Below, piece by piece: positions 8,742 to 16,985 of a stretch of DNA of 32,000 bases. Position numbers and translations under genes: made by a program. The notes beneath the pieces were generated by a model that did no database searches, had not been told where the DNA came from, and saw only the letters and a list, made by a program, of their open reading frames with translations. Source of the DNA: Psychrobacter cryohalolentis K5 (GTDB taxonomy: Bacteria > Pseudomonadota > Gammaproteobacteria > Pseudomonadales > Moraxellaceae); the NCBI RefSeq assembly GCF_000013905.1, contig NC_007969.1, positions 1,140,001-1,172,000 on the forward strand. Direction: 5' to 3'. The first letter of the stretch is position 1. Each line of letters starts with the position of its first letter.

Positions 8742-8957
8742 TTATTGAAGTGCCATACCGTTGATAGCGCTCATAACCGGCTTGCACATATCCTCTTCGA
8801 TACGCTCCCATACATACAGAATCTTACGGCCACCAAAAGGGCGTATGTAGTGAATGTTTTCAATTAAAACGGTGTCTTTCATTTGATTGCGGATAGTACG
8901 TGCGTCGTACTTGATGCGTTCAGCTAACTCATCAGTTGTTAAATAAGTATTGCTCAT
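8742..8957 (-). CDS. AlpA/excisionase-like small HTH DNA-binding protein
   Basis: The 71-aa ORF lies directly upstream of int on the same strand. The LTTDELAERIKYDARTIRNQMKD helix-turn-helix is typical of AlpA/Xis-type island regulators. Confidence 0.7.
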   Translation of the reverse strand: MSNTYLTTDELAERIKYDARTIRNQMKDTVLIENIHYIRPFGGRKILYVWERIEEDMCKPVMSAINGMALQ

Positions 8958-9059
8958 GGTATTTACCTCTTTTCAGTTATTAAGTCATCGCATTAAGTGA
9001 TAGAATAAAAATTATTTTATCAACTTGTAAGAATGCACCTTGAAGTAATCAGTAATTAT

Positions 9060-9078
9060 TTACCCGCTTAAAGGTAAT
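9060..9078. promoter_or_regulatory. Putative operator, TTACC-N9-GGTAA inverted repeat (site 1)
   Basis: TTACCCGCTTAAAGGTAAT lies in the divergent xis/int and HTH intergenic region. It is 15/19 identical to site 2. Confidence 0.4.
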
Positions 9079-9130
9079 TAATAACCGATTTGTGTACTAT
9101 ATTATCTTTTTACCTCAATGTAAAGCATTT

Positions 9131-9149
9131 TTACCCGAAAAGAGGTAAT
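9131..9149. promoter_or_regulatory. Putative operator, TTACC-N9-GGTAA inverted repeat (site 2), overlapping the RBS of the HTH gene
   Basis: TTACCCGAAAAGAGGTAAT ends 4 nt before the ATG at 9154. Confidence 0.4.
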
Positions 9150-9153
9150 AATT

Positions 9154-9378
9154 ATGATTGTGTCTAAACTCCCTGTTATTCTGGCAGAGAAAAAACTGCG
9201 CGTAGCAGATGTTGTAAGGGCAACAGGCATGAGTAAATCAACACTTCATAAGCTATACAATGAAGAGTCATCAAGAATTGATTTCAATACTATCGACCAG
9301 TTATGTGAGTTTTTAGACGTACAGGTAGGTGACTTATTTATTTATACGCCAAATCCTAAAGATGATGAAGAGTCTTGA
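9154..9378 (+). CDS. XRE/Cro-type helix-turn-helix transcriptional regulator (74 aa)
   Basis: KLRVADVVRATGMSKSTLHKLYNEESSRIDFNTIDQLCEFLDVQVGDLF matches the small YozG/Cro-like HTH pattern. AGAGG lies 7 nt upstream of the ATG. Confidence 0.75.
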   Translation: MIVSKLPVILAEKKLRVADVVRATGMSKSTLHKLYNEESSRIDFNTIDQLCEFLDVQVGDLFIYTPNPKDDEES

Positions 9379-9496
9379 AGATATACAGAGTTGAAAAAGA
9401 TGCGCAGAGGAATAAGTGGCAGAGCCTTATATATATGACGTTCCAAAGCATGAAATTAAGGTTGGGGTTATTTTTTATATCTACTTTTTCATGATT

Positions 9497-9515
9497 TGGT
9501 CACGTTTTGGTCACG
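9497..9515 (+). repeat. Octamer repeat cluster 1: TGGTCACG-TTT-TGGTCACG
   Basis: This 19-mer repeats exactly at 9654-9672, with 11-bp unit phasing. Confidence 0.8.
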
Positions 9516-9549
9516 CTATGAGCTTAATTTAAAAAAGCATTGGAAAAGG

Positions 9550-9588
9550 AAAAACGATGCTAAGAAAATATTTCTTAGCATCGTTTTT
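9550..9588. terminator. Bidirectional intrinsic-terminator-like hairpin
   Basis: AAAAACGATGCTAAGAAA-ATA-TTTCTTAGCATCGTTTTT forms a perfect 18-bp stem including A/T tracts. Confidence 0.6.
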
Positions 9589-9642
9589 TATAAAGATAAG
9601 AGTAATAAGTTGGGGTCAATTATAGAATCAGTGTTTATATGG

Positions 9643-9672
9643 TGGACACGAAATGGTCACGTTTTGGTCACG
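9643..9672 (+). repeat. Octamer repeat cluster 2: TGGACACG-AAA-TGGTCACG-TTT-TGGTCACG
   Basis: Three units start at 9643, 9654 and 9665 (11-bp period). The last two are identical to cluster 1. Confidence 0.8.
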
Positions 9673-9766
9673 GTGCTGATTTTTGAGCTTTTAATATATT
9701 AGCTAAACTTAGCAATTAGACTGAATAGCTCATGCTGAAAAACGCTACAGCCCCTGAAAGACGGAC

Positions 9767-9799
9767 AAAAAAAAGCCTCACTGTTATGTGAGGCTTTTT
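9767..9799 (-). terminator. Intrinsic terminator downstream of tRNA-Gly
   Basis: AAAAGCCTCAC-TGTTAT-GTGAGGCTTTT. On the minus strand the stem is followed by a run of 8 T. Confidence 0.75.
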
Positions 9800-9806
9800 A
9801 AGTATT

Positions 9807-9881
9807 TGGAGCGGGAAAAGAGATTCGAACTCTCGACCCCAACCTTGGCAAGGTTATGCTCTACCACTGAGCTATTCCCGC
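9807..9881 (-). tRNA. tRNA-Gly (anticodon GCC), 75 nt with encoded CCA
   Basis: The reverse complement folds as a cloverleaf: acceptor GCGGGAA/TTCCCGC, D-stem GCTC/GAGC, anticodon stem TAACC/GGTTG with loop TTGCCAA, and T-arm GAGAG-TTCGAAT-CTCTT. It is nearly identical to the E. coli tRNA-Gly(GCC) as I recall it. Confidence 0.95.
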
Positions 9882-10133
9882 TAATTATCAATTAACTATC
9901 GTCAGTTGATGATGGCGTATTATACGCAGTTTTCTGAGAGTGTCAACAGCTAGTATGAAAAAAAGCAAAAGATAGTAGATTGGCATATTATCGCATCGTC
10001 TATCTATGTTATAACAGATTGTTATAATCTATATTCCAAAAGCTTTGCTTTCTATAAATAGGCTGGAATGCAGTTTTATAATTACTTTTATCATATTTAT
10101 GATTAATAAACATAACACTTAAGGATAAGTAGT

Positions 10134-11804
10134 ATGAGTCAACAATATACCATCGCTGATTATTTGTTTGATCGTGTCGCAGAAGCAGGTGCGTCAGAGG
10201 TATTTGGCGTACCTGGTGATTTTAATCTCACGTTTTTAGATAATGTGCTTGCCTCAGATAAATTGCGCTGGGTAGGTAATACCAATGAGTTAAATGCTGG
10301 TTACGCAGCAGATGGCTATGCACGTGAGCGTGGGTTTGCGGCGATGGTGACGACCTTTGGAGTGGGTGAGCTGTCCGCTATCAATGCCACCGCAGGCTCG
10401 TTTGCTGAGTATGCGCCAGTGCTTCATATCGTAGGCGCGCCAAGTACAGCATTACAAGATTCAAAGCGTCGCATCCATCACTCACTTGGTGATGGCGTGT
10501 TCAATCATTTTATTAAAATGGTAGAACCGGTTACGGTAGCACGGGCGCAAATTACGCCTGAAAATGCTGCCTCAGAGATTGACCGCGTGATTCGCGTGAT
10601 TCTCAAAAAGCATCGCCCAGGCTATTTATTACTATCACCAGATGTAGCAAAAACGCCAATTTATCCGCCGACGACTAAACTTATCGATAGTGAGGAAGAT
10701 ATTACTAGCCAAGCGGCGTTAGCAGACTTTAAACAAGCACTGATAGAATTTTTACCCAATAAAACCACGACGCTCATGGCAGATTTGATGGTGCATCGTT
10801 TGGGTCTGCAAAATCAGCTTAAGGCTTTGATTGCCGATACTGACATTCCTTATACGACGTTATCGTGGGGCAAAACCTTGCTTGATGAAAATAGTGAGCG
10901 TTGGGCAGGCACCTATGCAGGCGTGGCATCGCGTCCTGTGGTTAAGGATATGGTCGAAAACTGTGAGTGTTTGATAAAAATTGGTGTGCAATATACTGAT
11001 ACTACTACTGCAGGTTTTAGCCAAGATATTGATGAAAACGTGGTGGTTGACCTGCATTATGAGCGTGCGAGTATCGCAGGCAAAAACTTTGCGCCCATTG
11101 CCCTAAAAGATGCTCTAAAAACACTGCATGAGGTAATGACCTCAGATATTAATATTGTACCGAAGCAGTTCTGTGAAGAGGTAAAGCAGCATGAGCAACA
11201 TGGCAAGGATAATGAGGCCATTCGTCAAGATGACTTATGGCATATCATTGCTGATGCGCTTGATGATAAAAACTTGGTGTTTTCAGAACAAGGTACTGCC
11301 TATTTTGGTATCAGTGATGTGCGTCTGCCAGAAGGCGTGACGTCTTATGGTCAGCCGATGTGGGGTTCTATTGGTTATACTTTGCCTGCGAGTTTAGGTG
11401 GTGCCATTGCTTCACCGCATAAGCGTAGTATTTTACTCATTGGTGATGGTTCTGCTTTATTAACCATTCAAGAAATTGCGGTAATGATTCAAGAACGTAT
11501 CAACCCGGTGATTGTACTGATTAACAATGATGGCTATACCGTTGAGCGCGCGATTCATGGTGAAAACCAGTACTATAACGACATTCCTAAATGTGACTGG
11601 CAGTTGATGCCAAAAGCGTTTGGTGCCAATGCTAATAATAGTCTGCTACTAAAAGCAGAGACAGCAGGCGAGTTAAAAGATGCTCTCAAGCAAGCGGCGG
11701 CTGCAAAAGACAAGCTGGTTATGTTGGAGGTTATCGCTGGCAAGCATGATATCCCGCCATTACTTGCAGATATCAGTGCCGCGCTGAAGCCAAAAAATGA
11801 TTAA
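10134..11804 (+). CDS. ipdC: Thiamine-diphosphate-dependent alpha-keto-acid decarboxylase (indolepyruvate/phenylpyruvate/pyruvate decarboxylase family)
   Basis: The N-terminus YTIADYLFDRVAEAGASEVFGVPGDFNLTFLD matches this family, as does the TPP-binding motif GDGSALLTIQEIAVMIQERINPVIVLINNDGYTVER. The 556-aa length is typical of IpdC/PDC. Confidence 0.85.
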   Translation: MSQQYTIADYLFDRVAEAGASEVFGVPGDFNLTFLDNVLASDKLRWVGNTNELNAGYAADGYARERGFAAMVTTFGVGELSAINATAGSFAEYAPVLHIVGAPSTALQDSKRRIHHSLGDGVFNHFIKMVEPVTVARAQITPENAASEIDRVIRVILKKHRPGYLLLSPDVAKTPIYPPTTKLIDSEEDITSQAALADFKQALIEFLPNKTTTLMADLMVHRLGLQNQLKALIADTDIPYTTLSWGKTLLDENSERWAGTYAGVASRPVVKDMVENCECLIKIGVQYTDTTTAGFSQDIDENVVVDLHYERASIAGKNFAPIALKDALKTLHEVMTSDINIVPKQFCEEVKQHEQHGKDNEAIRQDDLWHIIADALDDKNLVFSEQGTAYFGISDVRLPEGVTSYGQPMWGSIGYTLPASLGGAIASPHKRSILLIGDGSALLTIQEIAVMIQERINPVIVLINNDGYTVERAIHGENQYYNDIPKCDWQLMPKAFGANANNSLLLKAETAGELKDALKQAAAAKDKLVMLEVIAGKHDIPPLLADISAALKPKND

Positions 11805-11841
11805 TTAGTTCGCAAATAGCATCAACAATTATCAGTCATAG

Positions 11842-11876
11842 CCCCATTTAGCAGCATTGCTAGATGGGTTTTTTTT
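11842..11876 (+). terminator. Intrinsic terminator after the decarboxylase gene
   Basis: CCCCATTTAGCA-GCAT-TGCTAGATGGG (one mismatch) is followed by 8 T. Confidence 0.65.
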
Positions 11877-11998
11877 GAGCCTTTTTATGGTGTAAGTCAA
11901 TTAAGCTGTTGTTCCTCTTATATCGCTTTGCAGACTTTAGTATCATGGTGGATTGGGCTATGTTCAGCCCTTATCATTCAACAGGAGATGATCCCGTC

Positions 11999-12334
11999 GT
12001 GATTTGGTTAAAAATGCTTATTGGCGCTCTAATGGTACTGGCGATTCAATTATTTGCGCAAACTCGATTTTTTTATTTGGCGGCACTTGCGCCACTTTTC
12101 CCCACCTTTACATTAATCAGTCACTTCATCGTCGGTACTGAGCGTAGTCCTGCTGATTTAAGGGTCGCACTAATATTTAGTATGCTTGGTGTCATTCCGC
12201 ACCTTATTTATACCTTTGTGGTGTTCTTTAGCATCAGCTATATCAGTTTATATAAGGCACTGCTGCTCGGCGTTGTCGCTTGGACAATAGCGGCGGCAAT
12301 TTTAGTACTTACTTGGCAATACATTCAGGCTTAG
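11999..12334 (+). CDS. glpM: GlpM-family small inner-membrane protein
   Basis: MLIGALMVLAIQLFAQTRFFYLAALAPLFPTFTLISHFIVGTERS resembles Pseudomonas GlpM. The family length of ~110 aa favours GTG 11999 (AGGAG 11 nt upstream) or ATG 12014 over the 11909 ORF start, so the start is uncertain. Confidence 0.7.
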   Translation: MIWLKMLIGALMVLAIQLFAQTRFFYLAALAPLFPTFTLISHFIVGTERSPADLRVALIFSMLGVIPHLIYTFVVFFSISYISLYKALLLGVVAWTIAAAILVLTWQYIQA

Positions 12335-12542
12335 GTGTTACTAAGCAAGACCACTTAAATCATGCAAAAATACACGATAGTAATTACATATCTGAAATTG
12401 GATGTATGTTCTTATAAATATTTTCTATGAATTCGGATGTGGATGTTATGCTTAGGAGCGGCTTTTACCGTAACGAAATCAGAGCAACATTATTACGATA
12501 ATTGTATTTGTCGTCATTCATAAAAATAGGGCTTAAAAAAAG

Positions 12543-14333
12543 ATGGATACCTTAAATATCCTATACCTTGTAGGGGCATTGTTAATTTTCGCCAGTATCA
12601 TGGCAAGCACGTTATCAGCACGTTTGGGCGTTCCTTTATTACTGCTGTTTTTAATGGTAGGAATGCTGGCTGGTGAAGAGGGTATCTTAGGTATCGAGTT
12701 TTCCCAATATGCTATTGCTAATTTTGTTGGTCAGGCAGCTTTAGCCTGTATCTTGTTAGATGGTGGTCTACGTACCTCTTTTAATTCCTTTCGCGTTGGT
12801 CTTAAGCCTGCCGTTACCCTCGCAACTTGGGGTGTCCTCGCGACTGTCATGATACTGGGCATATTTGTGACTTGGCTACTTGATGTCGATTGGCGTTTTG
12901 GCTTGTTAATGGCAGCGATTGTCGGTTCGACCGATGCGGCAGCGGTCTTTTCATTGCTGCGTAATGGCGGTGTCAAGCTTAACGACCGTGTACAAGCCAC
13001 ATTGGAGCTGGAATCTGGTGCCAATGATCCTTTGGCTATTTTGCTTGTAACCGGATTGATTGCCTTAAATGTCGATCCCGAAGGGCAAACGTTACTGGGC
13101 TTTTTAGGGTTGCTATTACAGCAGCTTAGCTTTGGTCTTGGCATGGGTCTGCTGTTCGGCTATTTATTAGCCAGGCTATTACCCAAGATACTGTTAGCGG
13201 AAGGTATGTACGCTATCTTAATTATGTCTGCTGGCTTGGCAGTCTTTGCCGCGACCAACCTTATTGGCGGCAGTGGATTTTTGGCGATTTACCTCACTGG
13301 TGTGCTGATTGGGAACCATAAAGTCCGCTCAACCGAGCATGTCATGCGGGTCATGGACAGCTTTGCTTGGTTGTCTCAAGCGGTGCTGTTTGTGGTGCTA
13401 GGTTTGCTCGTGACGCCATCGAACGTTATCGATGTTTGGTATTATTCAGTGGCGATTGCCGCCTTTATGATTTTAGTTGCTCGTCCTATTGCAGTTTATA
13501 CTAGCGTTAAACCTTTTAAATTCAAAGACAGAGAAATTGGCTTTATCTCTTGGGTAGGACTGCGCGGGGCAGTACCTATTACCCTTGCGATATTGCCAGT
13601 TATGGCAGGCATAGATGGTGCCTTTATGCTATTCGATATTGCCTTTGGTGTAGTGGTGTTGTCTTTGATTTTGCAAGGCACGACCATTCCTATTATGGCA
13701 AATTTGTTTAAAGTACGTATTCCGAATAATAAAGACCCAGAAGAAGAACATGAAGTTTGGGTATCTGATAAAGCGAGCATTACCTTATATGAATTTGAAG
13801 TAAAGTCTGGTGCATTTGCGATTGACCGTCATCCGATGGGCATCTCTAACCGTGTCAGCCCTGATGAGATTAGTATCTTTGCTTTGGTACGTCGGCAACA
13901 CATTGTGATGGTTGAAGAAACGACCAAGCTCAAATGTGGGGATAGAGTCTGGTATGCGATGAGAGGTAATCATGCCAGTCAAATTGCCAAGATTTTCAAT
14001 GATACGACACTCGATCGTAAAGCCATTGATGACTTTTATGGCGACTGGTTGCTATCACCCAGTGTGAAGCTTGGAGATTTGCCTTTTTTTACCGATATCA
14101 TGGCGTCTGAGTCTCTTGTAGATAAGCTAAAGGCAAAACCTGAAAATACTTCAAAAATTATGTGGGAGCAGACGGTCGCTGAGTATGTCATAGACAATTT
14201 GGATATGAAGCCAGTATCAGGCGATACGGTTGCTATCAGTGATGAGTGGTCATTGGTCATCAAAGAAGTGGACGATAAAGGAAAGCTAAGAACGATTGGT
14301 TTAAAGCACTTGGAGTTTGCTAAAGCGATTTGA
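12543..14333 (+). CDS. nhaP2: K+/H+ antiporter NhaP2/CvrA (CPA1 family with a C-terminal TrkA-C-like domain)
   Basis: The ORF is 596 aa. The N-terminus LNILYLVGALLIFASIMASTLSARLGVPLLLLFLMVGMLAGEEGILGI and the ELESGANDPLA motif match the family, and a ~200-aa soluble C-terminus follows. Confidence 0.85.
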   Translation: MDTLNILYLVGALLIFASIMASTLSARLGVPLLLLFLMVGMLAGEEGILGIEFSQYAIANFVGQAALACILLDGGLRTSFNSFRVGLKPAVTLATWGVLATVMILGIFVTWLLDVDWRFGLLMAAIVGSTDAAAVFSLLRNGGVKLNDRVQATLELESGANDPLAILLVTGLIALNVDPEGQTLLGFLGLLLQQLSFGLGMGLLFGYLLARLLPKILLAEGMYAILIMSAGLAVFAATNLIGGSGFLAIYLTGVLIGNHKVRSTEHVMRVMDSFAWLSQAVLFVVLGLLVTPSNVIDVWYYSVAIAAFMILVARPIAVYTSVKPFKFKDREIGFISWVGLRGAVPITLAILPVMAGIDGAFMLFDIAFGVVVLSLILQGTTIPIMANLFKVRIPNNKDPEEEHEVWVSDKASITLYEFEVKSGAFAIDRHPMGISNRVSPDEISIFALVRRQHIVMVEETTKLKCGDRVWYAMRGNHASQIAKIFNDTTLDRKAIDDFYGDWLLSPSVKLGDLPFFTDIMASESLVDKLKAKPENTSKIMWEQTVAEYVIDNLDMKPVSGDTVAISDEWSLVIKEVDDKGKLRTIGLKHLEFAKAI

Positions 14334-14384
14334 TTTTTTGCTATAGTGACTTCAGTATTAAAACGATACAGTGGGACTGGGATG

Positions 14385-14429
14385 ACTATTGAAAAGCGCT
14401 ATTGATAATCAATAGCGCTTTTCAATAGT
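14385..14429. terminator. Bidirectional terminator, perfect 21-bp-stem palindrome between convergent genes
   Basis: ACTATTGAAAAGCGCTATTGA-TAA-TCAATAGCGCTTTTCAATAGT. The GC core is flanked by A4/T4 tracts. Confidence 0.7.
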
Positions 14430-14446
14430 ATTATCTACAGCAGTGA

Positions 14447-14980
14447 TTACCACATCAAGTCATCTGGAATCACATAAGCGGCATATGGATCGTCTTCTGC
14501 CAGCTCATCTTCTGCAGTATCGTTTGATACCACCATAAAGCCTGTCATCTTTGAATCGATACGATCAGCAAGTGGGCGCGGTAGTAGGGCATAGCTGTCA
14601 TCTAAGCGAGCAATGACCACGTGACCTGCCACGATTTGATCATATAGCTTTTGAGTGATAGAGATTTTTTTGACTTTGGCATCGTCGACAAACTGATAGC
14701 TGATATCGCCGTTTGTCTCAGTCAGTTTATGCTGCTTAATCATTTGGATGATGTTGGCTTTTAGCATCTTTTCTTCTAAAATGCGCTGCTTTTCTTGATT
14801 GAGCTTTTGGTCTTTTTCTAGCTTCTTAGCTTGAGCATCTGCCAAGGCTTGTTTAGCTTCGATATTCGATGCATCGCCAGTGCGCTTAGCGTGCTGCGTC
14901 TGTTTACTTATTTTGTTGGCTTTCTTACTATCAACCAAGCCTGCTTTTAGAAGTTGAGCCTGTAGGGCGTTTTTTGCCAT
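14447..14980 (-). CDS. DUF2058-family protein (YaiL-like)
   Basis: The N-terminus MAKNALQAQLLKAGLVDSKKANK and the lysine- and glutamine-rich coiled segment resemble E. coli YaiL/DUF2058. Confidence 0.7.
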   Translation of the reverse strand: MAKNALQAQLLKAGLVDSKKANKISKQTQHAKRTGDASNIEAKQALADAQAKKLEKDQKLNQEKQRILEEKMLKANIIQMIKQHKLTETNGDISYQFVDDAKVKKISITQKLYDQIVAGHVVIARLDDSYALLPRPLADRIDSKMTGFMVVSNDTAEDELAEDDPYAAYVIPDDLMW

Positions 14981-15166
14981 ATCTGCATTACCTAAATGAA
15001 ACTAACTAAGTGAAATGATCTAAATTGTCTTCAGTCATGGTAACAAATTCTGCCAAGAGATGTCATCAAATACGGCAATCCCAAAGTTTTTATTGAAAAA
15101 TCGTTTGTCAGATAATTGAGTCACATACCTTTTTAGAATAATTGCCGTAGATTCTTGTTCACCCGC

Positions 15167-15862
15167 TTAAGAGCTTTGATGTTTAATAATGTGTTCAGCG
15201 AGGGTGATGAGGTCTGAAGCGATAAAGTCGGGTTTTGGTACATTGGGTGCCGAAAGTAGCGCGTTATAAGGTCGAGTGATAAAAGCCCCTTGGCAGCCAG
15301 CAGCTTGAGCACCGATGACATCCCAGAGGTGACAGGCGACAAGACATAGCTCTGAGGTCTCAACGGACAGCTCGCGAGCGACCATCTGATATGTCGCCGG
15401 TGCAGGTTTAAATTGGCTGACGTTTGCAACACTAAAATTCCGCTCAAAGAATTCACTCAGTCCTGCTTTTTCAAGCGGTGTCGGAGAGGCGCTGGGTGCT
15501 GAGTTGGTCAAGGTCACCAATCTAAATCCTGCATCACGTAGTTTGGTCAAAGCAGGGATAGCGTCAGGGTGAGCTGGCATCTCACTCATGCGCTGCTTAA
15601 ACTCCTGAACATCTTCTTCTGTTAGCGTAACGGCATGAATATCTGCGGTCATTTGTAAAGCACCAACGCCAAGCTCGCCAAAAGGTGTATAAAGACCAGA
15701 TAAAGTCATGGTTTGCGAATAAAGTACCAATTGCGCGAACCACTCTCGGAGTCTGTTATTATCCCCAAATAAACGCGTGAATAAGGGCGTGAGCGTATCG
15801 ATATCGAGTAAGGTTTCGTTGACATCGAATACGATAATCGGAGCTGAGTAGATATAGGACAT
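15167..15862 (-). CDS. HAD-superfamily hydrolase (haloacid dehalogenase type II-like)
   Basis: Motif I is FDVNETLLD near the N-terminus, followed by VTLTNS (motif II-like). The 231-aa length fits the family. Confidence 0.75.
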   Translation of the reverse strand: MSYIYSAPIIVFDVNETLLDIDTLTPLFTRLFGDNNRLREWFAQLVLYSQTMTLSGLYTPFGELGVGALQMTADIHAVTLTEEDVQEFKQRMSEMPAHPDAIPALTKLRDAGFRLVTLTNSAPSASPTPLEKAGLSEFFERNFSVANVSQFKPAPATYQMVARELSVETSELCLVACHLWDVIGAQAAGCQGAFITRPYNALLSAPNVPKPDFIASDLITLAEHIIKHQSS

Positions 15863-16092
15863 AAAAGTTCCTTTTGCAATAAAAGTAAGCCTTACTATAG
15901 CTAATCCACTTTTAAAAGGGTACAGAGCTACTGGGGTTAATTATTCGCAGCCTCTGTCTGCGTAGGCACAGCAAGCAAGAAAAAGTAACCCCAGTAGTAC
16001 CTTATAACATTTGTATTTCTTTTATTTAGGACCGACTATAGTGAGGTTTGATAATATAATAAAGACATTCGGTAAACTTACTTTAGCTGGAC

Positions 16093-16131
16093 TTGAGTAA
16101 TCATTCAAGATAAAATTGAGTAGTCACTCAA
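16093..16131. promoter_or_regulatory. Pair of 16-bp near-palindromic operators (TTGAGTAATCATTCAA and TTGAGTAGTCACTCAA), start-to-start 23 bp
   Basis: The pair lies in the divergent HAD/TetR intergenic region, 58 bp upstream of the tetR-family start. The same motif pair with the same spacing recurs at 18395-18433. Confidence 0.6.
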
Positions 16132-16188
16132 ATTGTATAACCATGTTTACTTTATTGTCTAAAATCATGGGATAAAAATTGGAATATT

Positions 16189-16797
16189 ATGTCACGTACC
16201 ACATTATATAATCGTCATGAAGCATTAGAGCGGGCCATACAGCTGTTTTGGCAAAAAGGCTTTCATGCAACCTCTTTAAAGGATATCGAGCAAGCGCTTG
16301 ACATGCGACCAGGCAGTATTTATGCCGCTTTTGGTAATAAAGACGGATTGTTTCAAGAAGCGCTTGATTACTATGCGCAGGCAGGGCTAAAGGAGCTTGA
16401 GCGTACATTAGCCAGCTATGAATCCCCTTTATTAGGATTGGCAGCTTACATGCGTCAGCTTGGCGGTATCCGCGAAAAAAACCTGCCCAGTCGGGCATGT
16501 ATGTTGGTCAAAAGCTTACTTGAGCTTGGTGCCCGTGAACAGTTAGCGCTAGAGAAAGTTGAAAAATTACTAGCGGGTATGGAGGCGCGTTTTGCCGCAT
16601 GTTTTGTGGAAGCGCAGCAGCTAGGAGAGCTGGATGACACACTCGATCCACTGAGGTTGGCCCGTCGATTACAAGCCGAGGTTATGGGGTTACGTGCTTT
16701 TGCTCAGCGCGATGTTGACAGTGCGGCGGTTCATGCGCTTGCAGAGGATATGGCGTATTCTATAGAAAGCTTGCGCAATAATGAGTCTGTTGGTTAA
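16189..16797 (+). CDS. TetR/AcrR-family transcriptional regulator
   Basis: The N-terminal HTH is ALERAIQLFWQKGFHATSLKDIEQALDMRPGSIYAAFGNKDGLF. The ORF is 202 aa. Confidence 0.85.
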   Translation: MSRTTLYNRHEALERAIQLFWQKGFHATSLKDIEQALDMRPGSIYAAFGNKDGLFQEALDYYAQAGLKELERTLASYESPLLGLAAYMRQLGGIREKNLPSRACMLVKSLLELGAREQLALEKVEKLLAGMEARFAACFVEAQQLGELDDTLDPLRLARRLQAEVMGLRAFAQRDVDSAAVHALAEDMAYSIESLRNNESVG

Positions 16798-16903
16798 AAC
16801 GATGCCTAGTGGCCAAGCTTACGTTCGCTAGTATGATGGTCATTTAAGCTAAAAATCGAACATGAGTATGGATATTAACGGTCATTTGTATAATAGCAGG
16901 TGT

Positions 16904-16939
16904 AAAAAAAGGCTACTTGAAAGATTAAGTAGCCTTTTT
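16904..16939. terminator. Bidirectional intrinsic terminator between convergent tetR-family and dsbA-like genes
   Basis: AAAAAAA-GGCTACTT-GAAAGATT-AAGTAGCC-TTTTT. Confidence 0.7.
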
Positions 16940-16985
16940 AGTTTTAAATTTTGCAGTGTGTTTTTATTATTAATTAGAGATACAT

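Noticed and set aside
9455-9620. Short matches to the tRNA-Gly body (AAGGTTGGGGT at ~9455-9465, AAGTTGGGGTC at ~9608-9618) as candidate old att sites
   Set aside because: The matches are only ~11 nt and one has an indel. They are in the opposite orientation to the tRNA gene, so they cannot be direct att repeats. Roughly one such match is expected by chance in 32 kb when any tRNA 11-mer is allowed.
9497-9672. Possibility that the repeated TGGTCACG units form a CRISPR array
   Set aside because: The units are only 8 bp with 3-nt spacers and there are five copies in total. There are no 25-40-bp repeats, no unique spacers of comparable size and no cas genes in the window.
9496-9702. 68-aa ORF on the plus strand in the HTH-to-tRNA intergenic region
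   Set aside because: It runs through both octamer repeat clusters and the 18-bp-stem terminator hairpin, and it has no RBS and low-complexity content. It is best explained as non-coding att or regulatory DNA.
12731-13144. 137-aa antisense ORF inside nhaP2, with similar antisense or alternate-frame ORFs at 225-428, 2333-2542, 3476-3787, 3899-4132, 4226-4429, 5074-5265, 10860-11057, 13496-13982 and 14036-14263
   Set aside because: All lie entirely within longer ORFs that have clear family motifs. Their compositions are low-complexity (Ser/Pro/Arg-rich), typical of shadow frames.
15133-16640. ORFs 15133-15456, 16187-16498 and 16455-16640 overlapping the HAD and TetR genes
   Set aside because: They are shadow frames of well-supported genes, with no motifs or translation signals.
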